Positions 8,733-16,178 of a stretch of DNA of 32,000 nt are shown here, piece after piece. Source of the DNA: Okeania sp. (lineage in GTDB: Bacteria > Cyanobacteriota > Cyanobacteriia > Cyanobacteriales > Microcoleaceae); NCBI RefSeq assembly GCF_035285525.1, contig NZ_JAYKGW010000168.1:30001-62000 (forward strand). The letters run 5' to 3'. Position 1 is the first letter of the stretch, and every line of letters starts with the position of its first letter. Made by a program: the position numbers and the translations under genes. The notes beneath the pieces were generated by a model that had not been told where the DNA came from, did no database searches, and saw only the letters and a program-made list of their open reading frames with translations.

Positions 8733-9407
8733 TTATAATGACTCGTTGTTTTGCTGATTCAGCAATTCTAGACCACGAGATGTACCCAGTCTAGTCGCAC
8801 CAGCCAAAATTAGATTTGCTGCTTGCTCATAAGTTTTAATTCCTCCAGCAGCTTTAATCCCAATATTAGCCTTAGTTATTTCTTTGAGCAGTTTGACATC
8901 CGTCACTGTTGCTCCACCATACCATCCTGTATTGGTGACAATAAAAGCTACACCCGCATCCATCAAAACTTCTGTCACTAACCTTTTTTCCTCTTCAGTT
9001 AGGAATGCCATTTCCAGAATAGCTTTTACCGTCTTACCAGTTTCTTCACATATTTCTGCTATTTCTCGATGTAGTCGATCAGTTTCCCCCGTTTTAATAT
9101 AAGTCAAATTAACCATCACATCTAATTCCGAAGCTCCATTTTCTACTGCTTCCAAAGCTGCATATAATTTCGTTTTACTTGTCGTTGTACCCGTAGGAAA
9201 ATCAATGACTGTACAAACAGTCGGATTTTTACCATGAAGAAAATCTACTACTTGTTTCACATAACAAGGGTATACGCAAACGGACGGAAACCGAAATTTG
9301 TCAGCTTCAGTACAAAATTTTGACACTTCCTCTGGAGTAGCGGTAATAGTTAATAAAGAGTGGTCAATAAAAGGGGCAATATCAACTTCCAGCTCCTCTA
9401 AAATCAT
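8733..9407 (-). CDS. deoC: Deoxyribose-phosphate aldolase
   Basis: 224 aa with an ATG start. DeoC-like sequence throughout (IDHSLL..AT..EV..C.EA..F.F.SVCV.P..V; ..IKAAGGI.T.E.A..L..AGA.R.GTS). Confidence 0.9.
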   Translation of the reverse strand: MILEELEVDIAPFIDHSLLTITATPEEVSKFCTEADKFRFPSVCVYPCYVKQVVDFLHGKNPTVCTVIDFPTGTTTSKTKLYAALEAVENGASELDVMVNLTYIKTGETDRLHREIAEICEETGKTVKAILEMAFLTEEEKRLVTEVLMDAGVAFIVTNTGWYGGATVTDVKLLKEITKANIGIKAAGGIKTYEQAANLILAGATRLGTSRGLELLNQQNNESL

Positions 9408-9463
9408 TGTTTTTTTCTATCAAAATATAGGATTAAATTTACTAATTAATTTATTCCCCCTTA

Positions 9464-9512
9464 CCCCCCTTTGTCAGGGGGGAAGTCTTCAAAGTCCCCC
9501 TGACAAAGGGGG
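9464..9512. repeat. Inverted repeat CCCCCCTTTGTCAGGGGGG / CCCCCTGACAAAGGGGG
   Basis: Arms at 9464-9482 and 9496-9512, followed by GGATTTAGGGGGATT. Each arm can also fold on itself. Located 57-105 nt upstream of the deoC start. Confidence 0.8.
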
Positions 9513-9724
9513 ATTTAGGGGGATTGTAAATATATTTTTTAACTGTTAAGAATTGCTATACTAGCTAGTCATATCATGTCAGGATAATCAGCTATCAAAA
9601 AACTTTTTCTCTTTTTCGGGGTAAACGGTGAAAAAACGTAGTGCGGGCATCTTGCCCGCGAGGGTATACCTCATAACAACAGGAAGCACTGTATGTCGTT
9701 AAGCACAGCTTTTCTTTTTAGAAA

Positions 9725-9822
9725 TAGACATCTCCAAAAGTCCAAAATAAAATCAATTGTTATCCAGAAATTATGAATTACTTCTCTATATTGCCTCCAT
9801 ACCTTTTTTCTGGAGATGTCTA
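9725..9822. mobile_element. 98-bp MITE-like element with perfect 12-bp inverted termini TAGACATCTCCA / TGGAGATGTCTA
   Basis: Termini at 9725-9736 and 9811-9822. Partial copies at 11918-11947 and about 22948-23058 share both internal sequence (AAAATCAATTRTTATCCA.AAATTAT.AATT) and the right end. Confidence 0.6.
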
Positions 9823-9839
9823 ATTGTTGAAATAATTAA

Positions 9840-10028
9840 TTAAAAATGGGAACGTCTCTTTCTTTGCTTCTGTAAGGCCATTGCTTTACGCTTCTTTTTT
9901 TCAATTGGCGTTTCAAAGTGACGATGTTTTTTCATATCTGGAAATATTCCTGCTTGAGAAACCTGACGTTTAAATCGACGTAATGCGGATTCAATTCCCT
10001 CATTTTCTCCTAAGATAACTTGCGTCAT
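9840..10028 (-). CDS. rpsU: 30S ribosomal protein S21
   Basis: 62 aa, ATG start preceded by GGAGGA. Sequence is [47 protein letters not shown], typical of S21. Confidence 0.92.
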   Translation of the reverse strand: MTQVILGENEGIESALRRFKRQVSQAGIFPDMKKHRHFETPIEKKKRKAMALQKQRKRRSHF

Positions 10029-10346
10029 TTATCGATGATCCTCCATTCATTTAGATTTACTATTTTTTCTAGAGCCAAATTAATTAGCCTCCGCCATTTT
10101 TATGAACTAAGACCAAATTATTTTGGCTGCTATTGCAAAAGTTTTGAAACTCTTATTTTGTTTGCTTTGTTATATTAGCACAGATTACCCACTTTTGATC
10201 ATATAAATTCTAGCTTCGGAACTTCCCGTAGGGTGGGATCGCCAGGTTTCAAACTCTTGCGGAACTGCTCCGCTTTTCATGTCACACAACAAAAATCCAT
10301 ATTAATGAAATTTCGAGATAAAGAGGGAGTAGAGAGTAAGGAAGGC

Positions 10347-10479
10347 AAAAGGTAGAAGCCAGATGGTAGAAGGGAAAAAAAGTTCAAAGAAAAAAGGTTT
10401 TTTATCACTGATTATCCAGACATGATTTAATTGATAAAATACAGATTTTTTTTTCCTTTTAGTCCATCTTCTACCTTTT
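10347..10479. mobile_element. 133-bp element with perfect 12-bp inverted termini AAAAGGTAGAAG / CTTCTACCTTTT
   Basis: Termini at 10347-10358 and 10468-10479. The interior carries the motif AATCATGTCTGGATAATCAGTGATAAAAAACC (minus sense), which also occurs at 9568-9605 and 18231-18270. Confidence 0.6.
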
Positions 10480-10489
10480 AAAAAGAGGT

Positions 10490-10524
10490 AATTATTAATT
10501 ATTAATTGTTAATTATTAATTATT
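10490..10524. repeat. Heptamer array (AATTATT)2 AATTGTT (AATTATT)2
   Basis: Five 7-nt units read directly. The TAA stop (10520-10522, minus strand) of the MBL gene lies in the last unit. Confidence 0.85.
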
Positions 10525-11389
10525 CTTTTTCCATTTTAACAATACACTTTTGTAATTCTTGCTGCATAGTTTTTGAATCAGCATAATAACGTTGGCCGTG
10601 ACCAGGTAATACCCACTCAAAATTATAGTTGATTAACTTACCCATAGAAATAACTTGTTCTGACCATGAATACCAACAATAACGACGAAAAGCATAAAGT
10701 TGATTTAAGTGATTAGACCATGCTAAATGATCTCCTGTAAATAAAAATTTTTGGTAAAGTAAAACCGTATGTCCCTTGGTGTGACCAGGTATAGGAATAA
10801 TTAATAAATCTGGAGCTAGAGAAATAGGTTCTGTACCAGTTAATTTGATTTCTACATCTTCAGTATTTGGAGAAATATCGTCAATATGGAGGATGCGATT
10901 GCAATGAAAATATTCTCGAAATTTTTGATGATCTGCCACATCATCTTTATGAGTCAAATACATATATTTAATTCCTCCCATTGCTTCTAAACGCTTCACT
11001 AATGGAGGTAAAAATTGAGGAGAATCTACTAAAATATTTCCCTCTGGTCTAACAATAAAATAACTAGCAGCACCGAAAGATTTTTCTGAATGATAACCAC
11101 AATGATAAACATTATCTGCAACTAAAATTGGCAAAGTTTCTTGAACTTTTTTAATATCTTTGGGAGTTGCAACTGTACCAATAGAATTTGTCGGACAAGA
11201 TAATAAAGCTTGCATTGCTGTTAGTCTTTCTGCTTCATTTATAGGTTGATGATAAACTGCTGATTTTTCTCCATTTCGATGAAAAATTTGTGGCGACATC
11301 CAGCGACAAGTATCACAGTCTATGCAGGTATTATCAACGTATATATCGCCATTAACATTTTCCGAGCGTCGTAATTTTAGATTAGCCAT
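10520..11389 (-). CDS. MBL-fold metallo-hydrolase with an N-terminal ferredoxin-like Cys cluster
   Basis: 289 aa with an ATG start. N-terminal CIDCDTCRWMSP (4Fe-4S ferredoxin-like) is followed by beta-lactamase-fold motifs (YLTHKDDVADH, GHTKGH, GD). Confidence 0.8.
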   Translation of the reverse strand: MANLKLRRSENVNGDIYVDNTCIDCDTCRWMSPQIFHRNGEKSAVYHQPINEAERLTAMQALLSCPTNSIGTVATPKDIKKVQETLPILVADNVYHCGYHSEKSFGAASYFIVRPEGNILVDSPQFLPPLVKRLEAMGGIKYMYLTHKDDVADHQKFREYFHCNRILHIDDISPNTEDVEIKLTGTEPISLAPDLLIIPIPGHTKGHTVLLYQKFLFTGDHLAWSNHLNQLYAFRRYCWYSWSEQVISMGKLINYNFEWVLPGHGQRYYADSKTMQQELQKCIVKMEKE

Positions 11390-11736
11390 TTTTACCTAGT
11401 AGTTGAAAAGAATAAATTATCTTTTTTAATTATAACATCCCTGTCCTCAAATATAAATTTTTGTAGCTTTATCATCAACTTCGAGAATGAAAAGATAAAA
11501 TTAATTACCAGACAAAAATCATCAATTTTTCTAAATTTTAAAAAATAGTGCTATGCTTTAGTAAAACTAGGAATTTAGAAGAATATTCCGTTAATTTTTC
11601 ACCTTAAATGTGAGCAAAAAATTATAACTTTTTCAAGCATTCGGAGGTAAAATCTGGCACTTTTTTAATACCTTAAAAGGCCAAAACTTTCATATCCCAA
11701 TGGTTTAAAATTTAATCAGCAAACCCTAATTATTCA

Positions 11737-11840
11737 TACTAAATCCGGTTGAGAAAGGAGATTTACTGTGAAGGTAAGGCAGAAGAGAGAAGGATTAAAA
11801 ATAAATTGGGAAAATCACCTTCTAATAACCGGATTTAGTA
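11737..11840. mobile_element. 104-bp MITE-like element with perfect 14-bp inverted termini TACTAAATCCGGTT / AACCGGATTTAGTA
   Basis: Termini at 11737-11750 and 11827-11840. A looser relative (AACCGGAATT...AATTCGGTT) is at about 18961-19050. Confidence 0.65.
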
Positions 11841-11944
11841 TTATATAGCAATCTTAAATAAGTTGTGGCAAATCAAACAGTAAATCAAATATTTCTTCCT
11901 ATTACCTATTGCCCATTCCCTCCATACCTCTTTTCTGGAGAAAT

Positions 11945-13924
11945 CTAATTCAAAGATTCTAAAAAAGTCTTGACTCCACCATCTCGACTCAAAACTAATC
12001 TGATTTTAACAGTTTTTCCACCCTCAATATTAGACACAAAAGCTTTTTCCTCTAAAGGCATATTTGTATCACCATAAAACTCAACTGATGCTCGATTAAT
12101 CGGTGTCACCTTATTAACCGTACCATCACCATTTAATAACAAAGTATATTGCAAATCCTCAGCTAAATCCGACGGTGGTTCCCAATTTTCCTCAAAATAT
12201 TCTCTCACTTCTGCAACTTGAGGAATTTTATCAAGTAAAGTATATTTAGATTTCTTTTCTTCATTACTAGGTTCAACAGTAGTTGAGGTCTCACGGACAG
12301 CAACCTGGTCTACATCTTTCAATGGTGGTAAATCAATTGCTTTAGGAATATTGATCGGAATACTACCCACATCAAAATAGGGTTTGACCTCTGTCTGATT
12401 CAGGTTTGGTTTAATATCCTGTAACGAAGTTTGATTTAGAGTAGGTTGAGTTTGCAGACTTGGAGGTGTTTGTACAGCAACTCTAGGTTGTACTGGCGCT
12501 CCATAGTTAGGCACTGCTGCTGGAGGAAGCGGTGGTGGTGTCAATTGTGGAATTGGAGGAAGCGGTGGTGGTGTCAATTGTGGAATTGGAGGTATTGGTG
12601 GTGGTGTCACTGGTGCGAATGAAGGTATTGGTGCTGGTGTCACTGGTGCGAATGAAGGTATTGGTGCTGGTCTCACTGGTGCGAATGAAGGTATTGGTGG
12701 TGGTGTCACTGGTGCGAAGGAAGGAATAGGTGCTGGTTTCACTGGTGCTAAGGAAGGAATAGGTGGTGGTGTCACTGGTGCGAAGGAAGGAATAGATGGT
12801 GGTGTCACTGGTGCGAAGGAAGGAATAGGTGCTGGTCTCACTGGTGCTAAGGAAGGAATAGCTGCTGGTCTCACTGGTGCTGCTGGAGGAACTTGTGGTA
12901 GTGTTTGTGAAGGTGCTGAGGGAACAACAAATGTAGTCGTACTACCCTGGTTTTGGGTACTCGTAGTTCCCTGGTTTTCGATAGTGGAAGAAAAATCAGG
13001 TGCTGGTAAATTATTAGGAGGTGGTGCTGTAGGAGTTGGTTTGGGAAACAAAGGAGATGGTGTGGGAACAGGAGAAGGTTTAACTATTGTTGTTGTTGGT
13101 AAATTTGTTGGTGGAGTCGGTAATGAGGATGGAGATATTGTTGGAGTAGCTAATGGAATAGGGGTTGGAGATGTCTGACTAGGAATTTCTTGATTATTAT
13201 TGTTGGTCGCATCTGAGTTGGTCGCATCTGATGTAGCAATATTTTCTTCTTGTTTTTGCTGACTTATTGCATAACGGTTGTAGAGTTTAATTGCACCCAC
13301 AGTCAAACCAGCAGTAATTAGAATGAGTATGGCAGTATGCAGCCATTCAGGAATAGATTTAACTTCATTATCAGATTGAAATTGGGGTAATGTCTGTAAA
13401 TCAGTTTGAGATTCATCGAGAGCGATCGCTAAATCATATAACTGTAGCATACTCAAGGAAATAAATGTTCCTGATTCTTTGTTTCCTAGAGGCCCCAAAA
13501 ATAAATCATGGGTTAATAAATCTCGTGGTTGCACATAAATATTTTGATTATCTATGGGGGGTTGGGAATCATAGTTGACAATTTTAGGATCAGAAGTTTT
13601 GATAGTATTTTCCTGAATTTTTGTCTCAGAATCTGGTGATGGTATATTGCTATCTTTTTCTAATCTCGTGTTTTCCATGTCCAAGGGTAAATTTGGAGAG
13701 TCATTTAAAAATTCTTGGACATAGGTAGTCACAACTTTGTGTAGAGTATCCAGTTCATAGCGATCTCCCTTAACTGTAATATGCTCTCCTTCTGATACCC
13801 TGGGATCGTCAAAACTTAGGGTAAAGCGTTGTTGTCTTTGTATACCAAACCATGTTAACAACGCTAAACCTCTAGCTGTGACTTTTAATGTACAAGTTGG
13901 GGGAGTGTAAGTTCGTGAAAACAT
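11945..13924 (-). CDS. DUF4335-like protein with a TM helix, a long Pro-rich repeat region and a C-terminal globular domain
   Basis: 659 aa with an ATG start. The N-terminus (RTYTPPTCTLKVTARG...SFDDPR...ITVKGDRYELDTL...YVQEFL) resembles the cyanobacterial DUF4335 family as I recall it. TM segment at WLHTAILILITAGLTVGAI. About 200 aa are Pro-rich. The final ~90 aa look loosely TonB-C-like. Confidence 0.75.
   Translation of the reverse strand: MFSRTYTPPTCTLKVTARGLALLTWFGIQRQQRFTLSFDDPRVSEGEHITVKGDRYELDTLHKVVTTYVQEFLNDSPNLPLDMENTRLEKDSNIPSPDSETKIQENTIKTSDPKIVNYDSQPPIDNQNIYVQPRDLLTHDLFLGPLGNKESGTFISLSMLQLYDLAIALDESQTDLQTLPQFQSDNEVKSIPEWLHTAILILITAGLTVGAIKLYNRYAISQQKQEENIATSDATNSDATNNNNQEIPSQTSPTPIPLATPTISPSSLPTPPTNLPTTTIVKPSPVPTPSPLFPKPTPTAPPPNNLPAPDFSSTIENQGTTSTQNQGSTTTFVVPSAPSQTLPQVPPAAPVRPAAIPSLAPVRPAPIPSFAPVTPPSIPSFAPVTPPPIPSLAPVKPAPIPSFAPVTPPPIPSFAPVRPAPIPSFAPVTPAPIPSFAPVTPPPIPPIPQLTPPPLPPIPQLTPPPLPPAAVPNYGAPVQPRVAVQTPPSLQTQPTLNQTSLQDIKPNLNQTEVKPYFDVGSIPINIPKAIDLPPLKDVDQVAVRETSTTVEPSNEEKKSKYTLLDKIPQVAEVREYFEENWEPPSDLAEDLQYTLLLNGDGTVNKVTPINRASVEFYGDTNMPLEEKAFVSNIEGGKTVKIRLVLSRDGGVKTFLESLN
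12522..12880. repeat. 33-nt (11-aa) tandem repeat, about 11 units, inside the DUF4335-like gene
   Basis: Units start at 12522, 12555, 12588 and so on. They encode PPLPPIPQLTP twice, then about nine copies of AP(V/I)(T/R/K)P(P/A)PIPSF. Confidence 0.9.
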
Positions 13925-13980
13925 TTTAATTAAATATCAATTTAACATCATACCATCTACACTTCTTAGCTATCACTATC

Positions 13981-14165
13981 TAGGGTTTGCTTATGGAAAG
14001 TCTTTTTGTTGAAGTAGGGAGTAGGTAGGGAAGTTCCATGCAACGTCCGTACAGAGTCAAAAAGAATAGGGAGTTATAGAGCAGGTACTCATAAAAATTA
14101 TCCCTTGATTTTTCTGCCCAAATTTTACCCATAATACTAACTTTTTAAGGCTTTTTAGACAAAAA
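13981..14165. repeat. ~185-nt element directly upstream of the DUF4335-like gene, homologous to 18021-18200
   Basis: Shared blocks appear in the same order: TAGRGTTTGCT, GTTGAAGTAGGGAGTAGGTAG, AGGGAGTTATAGA, ATTTTTCT, TTACCC, CTAACTTTTT. Confidence 0.6.
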
Positions 14166-14238
14166 TCTGGTAATTTTGATTTTATATTGCTATAGATTAA
14201 TTCTAATTAACTAATGATAGGATTAATAGTGTTTTTTT

Positions 14239-14829
14239 TTATAAAGATTCAAGACTTGACAAAAGACGATTGCATCCTTGAGGAGCGCTATAAAATAACA
14301 AATCAACTAATAGTTTTTGAGCTAATTTTTCTGAGTTATCTAATGTTGTATTTTCACAATTATAATAATAATTTTGATATGCTTTTTTAAAGTTACAAAT
14401 ATATTCTCTCAATAAAGTAACAGATTCAGGTTTACTACTTTGAGTCCCTATTTGTTCCATTAATGCTACTGCACGACGAATTAATGCTTGATGTTGTTTC
14501 GCTAAGTGACAGATAACTAATATCAAACTTTGAGCTGTTTCTACCTTTAAAGGTTGATTTTGGAATACTAACTGTGTTTTTCCCTGGTGTTCTGTGATTA
14601 CTAGAGCAAGTTCATCAACAATTTGGGGAGGTAAATTAAATTTACTGGCCAGTTGAACTATGGACTCAGAATTAATACCTATTAAAACCTTGAGAGATAA
14701 TAGTGTCATGTCCAATTTTGTTCTAATTTTGTTTAATGGAATTGTTTGGGCCAATGGAGGCTGAATAGAATCTTGTCTCTGAGGAAGTACGAAAAGTTTG
14801 GCATCACTGGGAGTTGCAGATACTACCAT
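14239..14829 (-). CDS. Conserved cyanobacterial hypothetical protein (possibly DUF3038 family)
   Basis: 196 aa with an ATG start and normal codon pattern. The family name is from memory of DUF4335/DUF3038 gene neighbourhoods and was not verified. Confidence 0.6.
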   Translation of the reverse strand: MVVSATPSDAKLFVLPQRQDSIQPPLAQTIPLNKIRTKLDMTLLSLKVLIGINSESIVQLASKFNLPPQIVDELALVITEHQGKTQLVFQNQPLKVETAQSLILVICHLAKQHQALIRRAVALMEQIGTQSSKPESVTLLREYICNFKKAYQNYYYNCENTTLDNSEKLAQKLLVDLLFYSAPQGCNRLLSSLESL

Positions 14830-14930
14830 ATTTTATACCTCTGAAAATTAAAAACTAAGCATGTCCATTGTAGTCTTAGTCAAGTAAATTGTGTCTAGTG
14901 TGGGAAAAAATTTTGTGGTTATTAGTCAAA

Positions 14931-15140
14931 TGTAGGCCCTTGTAGAACGAAGTGAAACCCAACAAAACTTTACCGAAGAATTAATAATTAAATAATTCGC
15001 GCCTTGAAGCCTCTCCTTTAAAAGGGACAAAGCGGTCGTTTTTGCGCTTTGCTTTATATGTCGCGCAGCGAAATGGCGCTTGAGCCGACATGAAACGCTG
15101 CGGGATATGAAAAGCGGAGCTTACCGTAGGGTGAGATGGA
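14931..15140. repeat. Composite of dispersed repeats
   Basis: 14931-14968 is the inverse of TGTTGGGTTTCACTKCGTTCTAC, also seen at 25388-25412. 15030-15140 belongs to the ATGTCGCGCAGCGAAA family. Confidence 0.6.
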
Positions 15141-15449
15141 TGGGTTCCCTAGCCATATCTAATCTCCCCTTGAGAAATAAATTTTTTCCTTTTATTCAAT
15201 CCTCTTCCTTTTAGGGAGAAGTAATTATCAATTATCTATGATTGAACAGACTGATTTTTTTCTTACCTACAACATGAGAAACTTCAACAGTTAATGAACA
15301 AGTTTCACGAAAGTCAGAATAATCAACAATTATTATCTAGGGAAGAACAGCAATAATTAGAAAAATTAGCAGCAACAGAATTAGTCGCAGCAACGGAAAG
15401 AACTAGAGAGATATTGGCAAATTTGAAAAATCAGAAAATATAAATTTTA

Positions 15450-15771
15450 ATGAATCCTAGCTATCTATTTGTTGCTAAAAGAGCTAGACATCAGTGTGAA
15501 TATTTTTATGCGCCAGAGGTGATTTTTAATTTAGCTTTTGAAGTTGAGCATATTATTCCTATTGCTTGGGAAAGAAATATTAAATGAGGTGCAAAACTTA
15601 GCATTAGCTTGTCGAATTTGTAATTTGAGAAAGTCAAATTTTATTCATGGAATTGATGAAGTTACTCAAGAACAAGTTCGCTACCATTTGTTTCGACTGT
15701 CAGTTTTATGTAATCAACCATTGTATCGTCTTGGATATGAAAATCTAAAAATCCCTCTTCATTCATTATGA
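15450..15771 (+). pseudogene. Frameshifted HNH endonuclease remnant
   Basis: Frame 0 reads MNPSYLFVAKRARHQCEYFYAPEV...FEVEHIIPIA then hits TGA at 15585. The +1 frame continues GKEILNEVQNLALACRICNLRKSN..GIDEVTQEQV. So the HNH core (EVEHIIP / NLALAC..CN..K) is split by a frameshift and the first CxxC is degraded (CEYF). The 15238-15440 region upstream holds a similarly stop-riddled small ORF. Confidence 0.7.
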
Positions 15772-15973
15772 ATAAAAGGTTGGAGTTATTACGAGTTGTT
15801 ATACCAATTCCTAAAAGTAGTGCTAGACTGGGATCATACTTCAGTTATTAACTAATCACCACAAACAGAATCACTTCTTTACTAATTTTAGTTAAGTTAA
15901 TGTTAATTATTCTAAGGAAATGGTGCATAATGGGGCTACTTTGATACTTTTTTTCCTATTATCTAACTTGCTC

Positions 15974-16008
15974 TCGTAACTCCTGACTCCTGACTCGTGT
16001 CTCCTAAC
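15974..16008. repeat. Heptamer array TCGTAAC TCCTGAC TCCTGAC TCGTGTC TCCTAAC
   Basis: Read directly. Confidence 0.75.
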
Positions 16009-16030
16009 CGTCACTTTTGCAAAGATACAC

Positions 16031-16109
16031 TTAGGGGTTCTATAGAGTTAAAAAACTATTCCGCATGAGGTTTTAAGCACTATATCTAGGGTAACAGGGT
16101 AAGTCCTGA
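16031..16109. mobile_element. Partial copy of the AGGACTTACGCA-type MITE (right end only)
   Basis: The internal sequence GAGTTAAAAAACTAT...TTTTAAGCACTATATCTAGGGT and the terminus GGTAAGTCCTGA match the copies at 18399 and 19359. The left terminus is missing. Confidence 0.6.
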
Positions 16110-16178
16110 GAATTATATCAGGAGCGAAAAATGCAGCATCAAAAAGATTTGGTAAAACTAGCAGCGTCCCTGCTGACT

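Noticed and set aside
9298-9549. 83-aa plus-strand ORF
   Set aside because: It begins antisense to deoC and continues through the CCCCTTTGTCAGGGGG inverted repeat. The translation (PLCQGGSLQSPPDKGGFRGI) is simply that repeat read through.
12532-13178. Plus-strand ORFs of 64-65 aa inside the Pro-rich repeat region
   Set aside because: They are antisense read-through of the 33-nt tandem repeat and Pro-rich tract (poly V/G/L translations).
15538-15771. 77-aa ORF taken as an intact small gene
   Set aside because: It is the 3' half of an HNH endonuclease. The 5' half (EVEHIIP) lies in another frame upstream, so the whole is annotated as a frameshifted pseudogene instead.
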